Notes under the pieces: generated by a model
What the model saw: only the letters and a program-made list of their open reading frames with translations
What the model was told of the DNA's origin: nothing
Database searches by the model: none
Shown here: piece by piece, positions 28,127-39,600 of the stretch
Layout: each line of letters begins with the position of its first letter
Numbering within the stretch: position 1 is the stretch's first letter
Program-made: the position numbers and the translations under genes
IMG/VR virus record: IMGVR_UViG_3300008262_000014
Span: 32,001 to 96,000 of that record
Source of the DNA: a virus
Strand: one strand, 5' to 3'
Length of the DNA: 64,000 nucleotides

Positions 28127-30235
28127 TTAAAAATCAATTTTAACCGCAAAAACTTGTGTTCCTAATCTATCGACGGGTTTAGCTGTTTTGGCCACAACTA
28201 ATGGTTCTTTATTTTTATCTAATAAAGCAATTTCAGTTATTTTTTTAGTTTTACCGATAGAATATGTTGGGTTCTGTGTCTCAGTGAATTGTGTACTTGG
28301 TAAGTTAACTAAAAAATTCATCACTTCAATATCACTTGCTCTAACAAGTCTAATGCTTCCAGGAAATGGTTGTTCTTCACCAAATTTAGGATCATTAGAA
28401 GGTTCTCTAACTATATAATTAGGTTTTAAATAATTTTCAATGTTGAATTGTGTACCTCCAGTGTTGAATTTTGCGAAATTTAATATAAAAGATTTATCTT
28501 TTATATTATTCTTATCTAAGAAACTTATTCCATCACCACCAGCTTCAGATGTAAAATCAACTTCAACCCAATCATCTGGTACAGGGTACTGTCCTGTGTT
28601 TGTGATTTGTACTAAAATTTTAAATTCGGTTGCTAAATATCCATTAACAATATCGGTTAATGATGTTTTCATGTATCTAAATGAATTAGTACCAAATTTA
28701 ACAACTAAGCTTGTTGGAATTGTGGTGCCCTGTATTTTAGAATAGTAATTACATGGCATAGAATTCAAAGCCAAATCAGAATTTGTAAATGTATAACTAA
28801 CCCAAATTGTTTGATTTGTGGAACCAGTTAAAAGAGAATTTGCCGGTGTGTCGTCACTTGGAACTAAATATAATTTAGGTGCATCTAATGTGTGTCTTCT
28901 ATTACTTCTATAATCTAATAATGCAACTAATTCTTGATCATCAAATACTATTGTTTTCTTTGTATAAAATACTTTACCTACTTTATAATTTTGTTCATCT
29001 AACAAATATCTAAATGGTATTGATGAATTACCATTTAATATTGGTGACGGTGTGTTTATTTGATAATCAGTTGTATCCATTCTAAATAACGCACCAACAA
29101 CATTACTTGTATTTCTGTGATAACAAATAAATGGTATAAAAACTTCAAAATATTCCGTATCTGTGATTGGGATACCATCTTCATCATCAATTATTGAATC
29201 TGATAAATTAGTATTATTACTTATGTAATCATCATATTTAAAAAATCTTTCGGGATTAAAAATTATATCACCTAATTCTGAATAATGTATAACGGCAAGA
29301 ATTCTTTGTTCTTCTGGTTGGACAACAATTTCTTCGTCAAATGAATTATAGTATGTTGCCCTATTGTTAATTGTTTGTCCCGATGATGTTGTATATCCTA
29401 AAAATTGTTTTGTAGAAATATATTTATTACTTTCAAATCCCAATAAGTTACTATTTGTTATACCAGTATAACCTATTGGGTTTTCATTCCATATTACATT
29501 TAATGACCAAGGATCGTGTTGATCCATTGGATCTGGTGATTGTGGTAAACAAACAGGGGCGATACTTGTTGGGGATGAAAATTCAATTTCACATTTATTA
29601 CAAACAACTTGTGCGAATCCTGTTAATGTTGATAGATCGGGTGTTGGTCTATCCAAATAAATCGTGTTACCACTAATACTAAGTACTTTATATATTAAAC
29701 TATTTGATTGTCCTGTTACAATTGGGACATTAGGATCGGTACCCCCGAATTGATCAAAAACTAAAGTAATATATTCACAAGTTTGAAATGAATTTCCCGA
29801 TACTACTGTTAATGTATTTGTACCATTTACGGTAGATATGTCAATTCTTTCTGTTGTACAAATTACTTTTGTTCCAGTACAATCATCTTCATTATATTCA
29901 ATATATTGTGAAACAAATCCAGCTGGACCCATCGGATTTCTTAAGGTTTGTGTATATGAGTTTTGAACAGGTACCCCATATGTTGTTGTAGTTTGAGTAG
30001 AATCAATTTTATAGGGATATTTTACTACAGTATCTTTATCATTTGGTGAAAATACTTTTTGATACGGAGTATTATTTAATCCAGTTAATTGATTAAAAGG
30101 ACTATTATAATCAAACTCCGAATCACCAATTTGAAAATACGAAATAACAAAATTACCTTTTGCAATAGAATTTCTACCCTTTTTGGTAACTCTAGCTGTT
30201 AAAAAATCTGAATTAAACTCACTTAAAAAACTCAT
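28127..30235 (-). CDS. Virion structural (tail/baseplate) protein
   Basis: 702 aa; N-terminal TKKGR..YFQIGDSEFDY and C-terminal ITEIALLDKNKEPLVVAK..P motifs typical of large-phage tail/baseplate proteins. Confidence 0.7.
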   Translation of the reverse strand: MSFLSEFNSDFLTARVTKKGRNSIAKGNFVISYFQIGDSEFDYNSPFNQLTGLNNTPYQKVFSPNDKDTVVKYPYKIDSTQTTTTYGVPVQNSYTQTLRNPMGPAGFVSQYIEYNEDDCTGTKVICTTERIDISTVNGTNTLTVVSGNSFQTCEYITLVFDQFGGTDPNVPIVTGQSNSLIYKVLSISGNTIYLDRPTPDLSTLTGFAQVVCNKCEIEFSSPTSIAPVCLPQSPDPMDQHDPWSLNVIWNENPIGYTGITNSNLLGFESNKYISTKQFLGYTTSSGQTINNRATYYNSFDEEIVVQPEEQRILAVIHYSELGDIIFNPERFFKYDDYISNNTNLSDSIIDDEDGIPITDTEYFEVFIPFICYHRNTSNVVGALFRMDTTDYQINTPSPILNGNSSIPFRYLLDEQNYKVGKVFYTKKTIVFDDQELVALLDYRSNRRHTLDAPKLYLVPSDDTPANSLLTGSTNQTIWVSYTFTNSDLALNSMPCNYYSKIQGTTIPTSLVVKFGTNSFRYMKTSLTDIVNGYLATEFKILVQITNTGQYPVPDDWVEVDFTSEAGGDGISFLDKNNIKDKSFILNFAKFNTGGTQFNIENYLKPNYIVREPSNDPKFGEEQPFPGSIRLVRASDIEVMNFLVNLPSTQFTETQNPTYSIGKTKKITEIALLDKNKEPLVVAKTAKPVDRLGTQVFAVKIDF

Positions 30236-30266
30236 ATACTTTATAAATATTTAATAAATAAAATTT

Positions 30267-31235
30267 TTAATCTGGTATTATATTAAAATTAAGATCACAA
30301 GGTATTACTATTTCAATGTCACATGGAGGTGGACATTTTTCAAAATTAGTAAAGAATATATTCCCTTCAGTAACAGTTACCGCGGACCACATTTTTGTGG
30401 GTGGGTCACTAATTGGGTAATTGTTATCATAATCTAAATATGAATATAATGTTCCACTACCTAAACTATCCCTAATCTCCCATCTATTACTTGTACTTGA
30501 CCAATAAGCAACATAATCATCACAACATATTTTATAATATGGTCTATCATTATAAACTCCGACAGGACTGTAAAGAGTATGTGTAAAACCCGTATCCCCA
30601 CTACTACATTTATGATTAAAACAAACAGGACAACCAATAAAAACTACCTTAACTTGAAATCCTCCTTGTTTTTTAGGATCAATATTTGTGTTATTTTGTA
30701 TACTTCCATCACCATGTTCTAGAAAAATATATACCGGTCTATGTGTTGGGGTAAAATTTTCAAATTCGTATACTATACCTGTTGTCGGATTTGTTGTTGC
30801 TGTTGTTACAAAAGTAGATGCCGATATTTCATATGTTAAACCTGTATATACTCTATATGAGTTTGGTGTATTATTAATTACAGAGGAATGATTACCGTAA
30901 TTAGTATTACCTGAATATGAATCATAAATTGTTACTGTTTTACCAGTACAAGTACCGCCAGTACTAACATTAAGGAAAAAATCTACAGTATCGTAACATT
31001 CAAAAATTTTACTTTCGTGAGTGTAGACGATAGTTACGGCGGATTTATTATCTACAATATCTGTTATTCTTATATAGTACGTTGTGTTAAATTCTAAATT
31101 TGTAATTACAACTGATGTGGTCGCACTGGAATATGTTCCACCAAAATATAAATAATTAGTATTATCGTTTTTACTATATTCAACTGTGAAGTTGTTCGGT
31201 ACATTTAAATTATTTAGTCTAACATTCAAACCCAT
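30267..31235 (-). CDS. Virion accessory protein with N-terminal Fn3-like domain and Cys-flanked module
   Basis: ITNLEFNTTYYIRI Fn3 signature; C-terminal module shared with the 2199 aa protein. Confidence 0.6.
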   Translation of the reverse strand: MGLNVRLNNLNVPNNFTVEYSKNDNTNYLYFGGTYSSATTSVVITNLEFNTTYYIRITDIVDNKSAVTIVYTHESKIFECYDTVDFFLNVSTGGTCTGKTVTIYDSYSGNTNYGNHSSVINNTPNSYRVYTGLTYEISASTFVTTATTNPTTGIVYEFENFTPTHRPVYIFLEHGDGSIQNNTNIDPKKQGGFQVKVVFIGCPVCFNHKCSSGDTGFTHTLYSPVGVYNDRPYYKICCDDYVAYWSSTSNRWEIRDSLGSGTLYSYLDYDNNYPISDPPTKMWSAVTVTEGNIFFTNFEKCPPPCDIEIVIPCDLNFNIIPD

Positions 31236-31286
31236 GATACTATAAATATAAAATATTAATTTTTTTAAATAAAGATTATAATATTA

Positions 31287-31613
31287 TTATGGTACTTCCG
31301 CTGGTGTTGTTAACCCAACAGCTTCCGCGTATTTTAGATATGTTTCAACACATGACGGTGTTGTAAAATCTTCTATATTAAGTCCCTTAACTTTCACTAT
31401 TAGATCTTCGCAGTGTTCTGAAACAAATCTCAAATAAAAATATTGTGTAAATGCACTTATTGACGTATCATATAATTCAAATGGATTTATATTAAATTGA
31501 AAATTAGTTGTTACACCAGACGCCACTAAAGTAGTTGTTGTTGCTGATGTTATACCATAATAAACATTAAATGGAACGTTAGAAGGTACTAATTGTATAT
31601 TTGTTATTATCAT
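31287..31613 (-). CDS. Hypothetical virion protein
   Basis: 108 aa, Thr-rich, within the structural block. Confidence 0.55.
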   Translation of the reverse strand: MIITNIQLVPSNVPFNVYYGITSATTTTLVASGVTTNFQFNINPFELYDTSISAFTQYFYLRFVSEHCEDLIVKVKGLNIEDFTTPSCVETYLKYAEAVGLTTPAEVP

Positions 31614-31626
31614 ATATTATTAATTT

Positions 31627-32616
31627 TTATAGTCCACCACATTGATTAAATCTTTTTATTAAATATGTATTCGATCCCACTGTTATTGTTTGTGGATTTG
31701 ATATTATTGATATTGAGTTAACTTGTATTTGTGTTACTCTTAGAGTGGCGGTACCCGATGTTCTAGTTCCGAATGTAGTATTAGTACTAGTTGAACCAGA
31801 ATTAAGTGTTAATGTACCAACTTGAGATAGTGTACCATTAGTTGTTGAACAAATTCCATCATTATATTGTGTTATTACGCCAGATGAAAATGTTAAATTA
31901 TCTAATGTTGTACCAGATATTACATTTATAAGTAAATTAATTTGATTAGATATAACCGCATCTTCTTCAGGTATTAATTCAATTTCCGCTGTTGGTGTTG
32001 GTGCACTACAACTTTGACAAGCACCAATTACCGTTGCCACATTTGTACCATTTGTAACCACACTTACATATTGACCAGAATAAGTTAAAAATGTATTATA
32101 ACCTGGAACATAAGTACTAAATGATGGGTGAGTGAATGTTGTTGATGTACAGAATGTTGAGTTATTTCCGACGGAGTTCACCAATAAACTACCAATACCA
32201 AGACAAGCATTTAGAAATATTGATGAGGGGTTTTCAATTAATGTACCAATGAATAAAATTGTTGTGGTAGATGTAGGTGTTGGTGTTGTAGTTGTAGTTG
32301 GAGTTATTGTTGGAGTTATTGTTGGGGTTGTGGTTAATGTACTAGTAGGTGTAGATGTTATTGTTGGTGTATTAGTGGGTGTTGGAGTTGGGGTAATGGT
32401 AGGTGTGGATGTTGGTGAGACATATAAATTACATACAATATCTGAATTAGTTATTCCAGAAAATGTAATAATATATTGACCATTAATATACTCTGCAATA
32501 TATACATAAGGTATTACTTGTAACCCTAAATTAAATGTTCCACCGGTATCGGGATTATAAATTATTGATGCTGTATATCCTTCGAAATTTTGTGATGTTA
32601 TCGTTATATTTGGCAT
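31627..32616 (-). CDS. Modular virion/fibre accessory protein with Thr-Pro linkers (paralog A)
   Basis: 329 aa; N-terminal and middle domains homologous to 32635-33612; (TP)n linker. Confidence 0.65.
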   Translation of the reverse strand: MPNITITSQNFEGYTASIIYNPDTGGTFNLGLQVIPYVYIAEYINGQYIITFSGITNSDIVCNLYVSPTSTPTITPTPTPTNTPTITSTPTSTLTTTPTITPTITPTTTTTPTPTSTTTILFIGTLIENPSSIFLNACLGIGSLLVNSVGNNSTFCTSTTFTHPSFSTYVPGYNTFLTYSGQYVSVVTNGTNVATVIGACQSCSAPTPTAEIELIPEEDAVISNQINLLINVISGTTLDNLTFSSGVITQYNDGICSTTNGTLSQVGTLTLNSGSTSTNTTFGTRTSGTATLRVTQIQVNSISIISNPQTITVGSNTYLIKRFNQCGGL

Positions 32617-32634
32617 ATTAAAATTTTAATTTTA

Positions 32635-33612
32635 TTAAACACAAGCACCGTCTTGTAAAATTATTTCAACAATATCAGTTGATGATATGGGGATAGGTGA
32701 AAATGTGTCAGTAGTGGTATTAGTATACGTGTTACAATCAATAACAAATGAGTTAACAACTAATGATATATTAACTTGAGATGATGTTGTTACAGTATAA
32801 TCTATTCCGAGTGTTGTGCCGGCATGTGTTCCTTCCGCTTGTGACCCATTACTTACCGGTAATGATCCAACAGTTATTAAATAAAACGCAGGGGTTATTG
32901 ATCCAATAGAAGTTGCCGCTGTTGTGTTATTTATAACAAAGAAATTATTACCCGATGTTGGTGTACTAGTTGGTGTTGCGGTAGGTGTAATTGTTGGTGT
33001 TGGTGTAATAGTTAATGTTGGTGTAATAGTTGGTGTAGGTGTACTAGTTGACGTAGGTGTAAGTGTTGGTGTTGGACATGTTAAACATGGACCAAGTACT
33101 GATGCGGTATTTGTACCGTTAAATAATATACTAAAATATGTGGTCCCAAATCCAATAAATGTTTGAGATCCATTAAGGAATGAACTAAATGATGGATTTG
33201 TAAATGTTGTTGATGAACAGAATGTTGTACTATTACCCGTTACATTATATGTTGTCCCACTCCCCGCACAGATACCCAATTCATAATCTCCAGTATTTTG
33301 AACCACATCACCAACAAAATTACTTAATGTAGGTGTGGGTGTGTTACTTAATGTAGGTGTGGGTGTGTTACTTAATGTAGGTGTGGGTGTACTAGTTGGT
33401 ACAGGACTTAATGTATTATCAATTAATGTTGCAGAACATGTAACACCGACTCCAGAAAAATATAAAACATATGTCCCAAAAGTGTATTCAGAAGTGTATG
33501 TATAAGGTATTGTTTGTGACCCTAAATTAAATGTTCCACCGGTATCGGGATTAAATGTTATTACCGCCGTTTGTCCACTATAATTACTACTTGTTAATTC
33601 TACTGTTCTCAT
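32635..33612 (-). CDS. Modular virion/fibre accessory protein with Thr-Pro linkers (paralog B)
   Basis: 325 aa; shares NPDTGGTFNLG and NSTxFCxSTTFTxPSFS domains with paralog A. Confidence 0.65.
   Translation of the reverse strand: MRTVELTSSNYSGQTAVITFNPDTGGTFNLGSQTIPYTYTSEYTFGTYVLYFSGVGVTCSATLIDNTLSPVPTSTPTPTLSNTPTPTLSNTPTPTLSNFVGDVVQNTGDYELGICAGSGTTYNVTGNSTTFCSSTTFTNPSFSSFLNGSQTFIGFGTTYFSILFNGTNTASVLGPCLTCPTPTLTPTSTSTPTPTITPTLTITPTPTITPTATPTSTPTSGNNFFVINNTTAATSIGSITPAFYLITVGSLPVSNGSQAEGTHAGTTLGIDYTVTTSSQVNISLVVNSFVIDCNTYTNTTTDTFSPIPISSTDIVEIILQDGACV
33320..33390. repeat. 24 bp tandem repeat x3 (TPTPTLSN)
   Basis: ttacttaatgtaggtgtgggtgtg units starting at 33320, 33344 and 33368. Confidence 0.9.
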
Positions 33613-33613
33613 T

Positions 33614-36600
33614 TTATGTTGTAAAGTTTAAACAAATTTCATAATATGACCCAACATGGAATAATGGATCATCTGTTGTGAAATCAATAAATAATGTATG
33701 TGTTGTTCCTGCCGGTAATAAATATGGTCCTGGTACAATTATATTTTCAATAACAGGTCCCATAGCACAACCTTGATTTAGTTCTTGTGATGTTGCACTT
33801 GCAATTAATGTACCATCTAAATAGAATGCTATATTTTCATAATCGGTATTTTGTAATTCCGCCAAACCACTAAAACTTAAATTTAAGAAAGTATCAACAG
33901 GTCCAACAGTAATTGTTGCCGTTGCGGTACCTGTTTGTGTTATATTACATGTACCACCACAGTTGAATGAATCTGCAATGTTAAATCTAACACATAAATT
34001 ATCGGGTGATATAATCCATTCAGCGGTCTCACATCCTGTTACGCCAGATGTGTTCTTAGTTGTTGACCAAATTAAACCTGATACAGGTAATAAATAAGTT
34101 GGTGTTGGTGTTGCGGTAGGTGTAAGTGTTGGTGTAATAGTTGGTGTTGGTGTAATAGTTGGTGTAGGTGTAATAGTTGGTGTAGGTGTACTAGTTGACG
34201 TAGGTGTAGGCGTTGGTTCTAATTGTAAATTCACTGTGCAACACTCTGGTATTTGAGATGATCCATAAACTGTTAATGATGGAATTGTCTGTGTAAGTAT
34301 TGGTGTGTAAGGATATGTTAAAGGTATATTATATATTTTACCGTCCGAATTCGCAACATATAATGAACCATTATCTTGGAATATTCCATATGGTGATGTG
34401 GCAGTTGTATTTAAATTGGCACTTGTTTCAAATAATCCAGTGGTATAATCATATTGATTTAAAAATACCCCACCTGATTTTGTCACCGTAAATAAAACTT
34501 TGTTATTTGTTGTGTATACAATATCACCAGCAATACTTTCAGTTGGTGCTAAAGAGAATACTGTATTTACCGTTGCGACCGAAGATGAAATGTCTATTTC
34601 TATCATCTCATCTAATCCTGATACGGAATTATAATATGTAGATAATAATTTCGTATCATTTATCGCACATAACCCCGCACCGATGTTGTTTATTCCACTT
34701 GGTAGAGTTATTATCCTATTAAATGTTGTGGACCAAGGATTTAATGTAATATTCCATTCATATATTGAACTATTATATAACCACATTTTATTTGATGTAT
34801 GAGCGATATCAGGAGAAAATATAAATGTACCTAAATTAGTTTTAGTGTTTGAAGAATAATCATAATAATAAACGTCATTAGAATTATCATTAATTAAAAT
34901 ACTGCATTGTGGTAAAAATATTGATGATGGTATGACACATTCACCTATTACAGAGGTTCCCGATAATGGTAATGTTGAGCCGGTGTTACCTGACCATACA
35001 TTTATATCATCTGATAAGGGATAATAATCATTGTTAATTAGATATCCATACATTTGATTACTTGGTGGTGTACTAGGATTTAAATAATCATATGATTCCC
35101 ACATTTCCCATCTAGTAGTTCCACTATTCCATAAAACATATATTGGTGTTGTTGTTAATGATGGATTATTAATATAATATACTAATTTACCGTCATAATG
35201 TGTGGTTGGGAATCCTGAATATATATAGTTACTAGTACCGCCAGATGTTAAATAAAAACATACTTCTGGTGGACATTCATTTAATGATGAGTTAAGTAAT
35301 CCAACTTGTAACGAAATTCTATTCCATTGATATTCTGTACTACTTATTGGTGTGTTTCCACTATAATTTAAATACCCTATTGACGTGCCAGGTGTTTTGT
35401 TTGTTACGTTATATGAATTAACATATTCCCATCTTGTAGTTCCACTATTCCATACAACGGCACCAAAAACACAAGTAGTTGTACCTGTACCTGAGTTTGT
35501 GTAATTTAAACTATAGTAATATTTACCATTGTGATAACCGGCAGGGTACCTTAATTCAGTTGAAAGTACACAAGTAATCTCACCTGGATCGAAACTAAAA
35601 CAAACAGGATCTGGACAATTTTTTACTGTCGTTACGTATGCACCAAGTTCAGGATCATAATTATAAATCCATTGATATTCTGTACTACTTATCGGTGTGT
35701 TTCCGGTATAATTTAAATAAGAATATAAAGTACCTGATGTACCTAATGTTGTGTCAAAATTTTCCCAGTGTTCCCATCTATTTGTTCCGTTATTCCAAAT
35801 GATATAATAATCATATGTACCATCAGTAGATTTATAATAATTTCTATTATTATAAACACCTACTATTTGATATGTATATGATGTATATAATGTTGTTGAT
35901 GAATATGTACCAATTAAACAAATGTCGGCACATAACAAATCACCACAATCATCTTCGACTTCATCTATTGTTGGTGTTATAGGACAATCTTCAACATCTG
36001 TATAATATTGTTGTACACAATTATCATCACCGAAGAAATCATTTACATGAGTTTGATATTTGTGTTGTAATAGAACTTGATGCGTGTCATTACCATTAAA
36101 TACTATTAAATCGTTCCCGACAGGTATATTTCTACCAGATGTTTCAAAATTTAAATTATAGTATAAATTTGGTTCACAATAATTTAAATCTACCGCAATA
36201 ACTTCAATTAAAAATCCATCTACATTAATTAGATAATCACCATTGTTATCCAAATAATCTTCAGGATAAGGGCAACATGGGTCTATGGGTTCTTCACCTC
36301 TCACTTGTAAATGTTCCGGTATTCTTTCATCAAAAAAGTAATTTGTTTTTGTTATAATTTTACCATCAATAATTTTATTAGTATATACTTTTAATTTTGT
36401 TGTTGGTAATACTTCAATTACGGTTAATGATCCATTAGAGGTTAATCCACTAATAATACTTTTTTTAACTGAACCTAAACACTCTATACTTTTTACTTTA
36501 TTATAATCATACTCATAAGTGAAGGAATAACCATTAACATTAGCTATTTTAAAACTATTGTTTGAAAATCCTGAACATGGTAAATAATTAGCTGTTAATA

Positions 36601-39600
36601 AATTATCATCAATATTAATATCTTTTACGTCAATTATTTCAATAGCACCAACATTAATATATGACATTATTGCATTATAATCTATAGTACCATTTTGTAT
36701 TTGTATTAATGGAAATGAACTTATAATTCTAAGAGCCCTACTATTTGATAATAATCCGTAATTATATGACGGTCCATAACTTACTTTAGGTATTAAAACA
36801 CAATTTTGGAAATTATCAACAAATGTCACCGCGGTTTGTGATGATATATGTGTTAAACCAGTACAAGGTGCACATCCCAACCAAACACTTGTGCCAGAAA
36901 AATACGTATCTATCACAAATTCTTGATAGTAACTACTATCCACATCATGTTCATATTTTTTCTGAAAACCGTTAACAATTAACTTTGTTTCACAGTTTGC
37001 AGCATCGAAGAAATTAATTTGTATTTTTTCACCTAATGAAACCGCGGAGAATTGAATTGAGCATGGATCTATTTGTGTGAATGATATTCCGTTACTAGTG
37101 GTGCCAGATGATCCACTAAGTAATTCACAACCAGTATACTTATAAAAAGAAGAACCATCCCCACCTTTTTGTACTCCAACACCATTTGTTAAAGAAAAAA
37201 CTAAATCAACTTGTGGACAATAATCTGTTGGGCAATCACCAGAACTTATTGTAACATCGGCAACAAGACAGGTTGGGTTTATTGGTTTATATTCGGCGTC
37301 AAATCTATATAAAAAATAATCTTCGACCGAACAATCATTGAAATCATATTTTATTGAGGTGAATCTAACTTTTTCTTTCCCGTCAATATCGGTAAAATAT
37401 TCAAGTTTTAATTTTGGTTTATATTCCCAAGTATATGTTTGTCCTGTTGTATTTAAAAATGGTTGATAATTAACATATCCGGCAGTATATCCTGTTACAT
37501 ATTTGTTTACCACATTTTCCACCAAACCAGATAGTGCAATTTTCCACAAATCTTCGGCCTTATCAATATCAGGATCTAAATGATCTTTAAAATCACATAT
37601 CAACGGTATTCCTGTTGTACCACTATCAGGTATAATTGTACAACCTGTCATTGGTGCTGGATTAAATAATTTAACACTATTGTTTGTATTTGTCGCACCA
37701 CTAAATAAAATACAATATGATGATCCCGAAAAAACCTGTCCATCAATTTCTATTATAGGACAATACGTTATACCTGTTATATTAATTAATCCTCTGAAAT
37801 TTTCTTCTTCACCTAATATTGTTTCTAAATCTTCTGATATTGCTTTTTCAAAATCAGGATATAAATTTTCTTCGAAAGTTTTTGCTTGACACCCTATATT
37901 ATATTTGTATTTAGGTCTACCAAAAAAATTATTTGTTATCAAAACACCACCAGTCCATAATGTACTTGAAGGTATTAATTGATCTAAAACTTGCATCCAA
38001 TATGGACTCATTTTCTGAATAAATTCATGTGAGTCTATAAATTGGTATGGTGTAAATCCAATGGTATTAAAATAAGATGTGTAAACATCTTCTAAAGCTA
38101 TGTAATTTTTTTTGTATCTAATTACATGAGAATTTTTAAGTTGTGTGTGTATTGTTTTATCTAAAAATTCTGCGAATGTTACCCCTGTTTGTGGGTATAG
38201 TGTATTTGTTCCGAATGTTAATAATAAATCTCTAGATTTTCTCCAAATATCATAATCAATAGATCTACTTGGTGAAAGATACGCATCAATATTTTTTCTA
38301 TTTAAAATATATTGTGAATTGTCATTATTAAATTCTGACTTAACATTATCAATTGCGGGATCTAATCCATAACCAGTATCTAAACCAGGTAAAGTTCTAA
38401 AAACATCAAAATAATCTTCACCATACGTATATGATTTAGATTTTGTTTTTAATGTTTTTGTTCTACCTGTTAATATTGAATTTTCCTCATCAAGTATATC
38501 TACACTACGATGATTTAATGTCATGTCATACCATCCCGCACCTTTTTGGAAAAAAATATCACTAGTTTCATCAAATGCCCTTCTTGGTAATAATGTTGTT
38601 TCGTCAACCGGATAACCATCTCTATTGAAAGTTGTTAACCCTGTTATACTTTCTTTAGTATAACTAAATGTTGTTGGTGAAAATATACCTGTTGTTAAAA
38701 CTTTACTTCTTTGTAAAACATCATAAATATCACTTTCGAGATCGCTTGAATTTGGTAATGATACTACTTTATAAATGTATTCATTTACCACAATTAATGG
38801 ATCAGGAGCACCAAGAAATCTCAAAAAGAAGTTAATTGACGCTCTAGTTCCTTTTGATTTATATATCCATGCTAAGTTTACTAATAATCTTCTGTAAAAC
38901 TCATATTCCGCTTCTACTAAATTTTTACCACCATCTTGTCCTTGATAATTACTTTTAGGTCTATTATAAAATATGTCATCTAATTTTTTCTCATCAAATA
39001 AATCTACTGTTGTTATGCCTAAATTTTCTGCTAAATTTTTTAATAATATGTCGGGAAGATTATTTATACCATCATAACTTACATTTCTCATGTAAGCAAT
39101 ATTATCTATATATTTTTTAACTCTATCAAAGTTTTGTCCATATAACTGAAATACACTTTCGGCCTTTTTTTCGTCTGTATCAAATTCATATAATTGTGGT
39201 GATGTTAAAAATCTAATAAATAAATTAGATTTATAATCATCTATTTGATCTCCGATTTCTTTTAAATCTGCTAGATAAAAATCAAAATCAATGCCGTCAA
39301 TTTTTATATTCCATCCATCAACATATGTTGGCCAAGTAACTTCAACTTTTACAATATCGGTTGATGACCCATCAATTGTATCTTTTAAAACATTGAAATA
39401 TGCGGTATATTTAGGATTACTTTCTCTATTTAATAATTGTTGTTCAATCTCATCTAAATTATTATAAAATTCTTCAAAAATTGAATTACTTGGTCTAACT
39501 AAAATAGTTTGACTATACGCGGATAACCCTGAAAATGGATTACCTTTTATTTTGAATTTTATTTCATTTAAATTATTTGATTCCTGATAATCATCAATTT

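Noticed and set aside
32270-34215. GGTGT-rich repeats as a CRISPR array
   Set aside because: No constant repeat with unique spacers; they encode Thr-Pro linkers. The Cas4-like nuclease at 25526-26383 is a stand-alone phage exonuclease.
35323-35719. Near-identical repeat pair as possible DGR template/variable repeats
   Set aside because: Mismatches are not adenine-restricted, both copies are in-frame domain repeats, and no reverse transcriptase is present in the window
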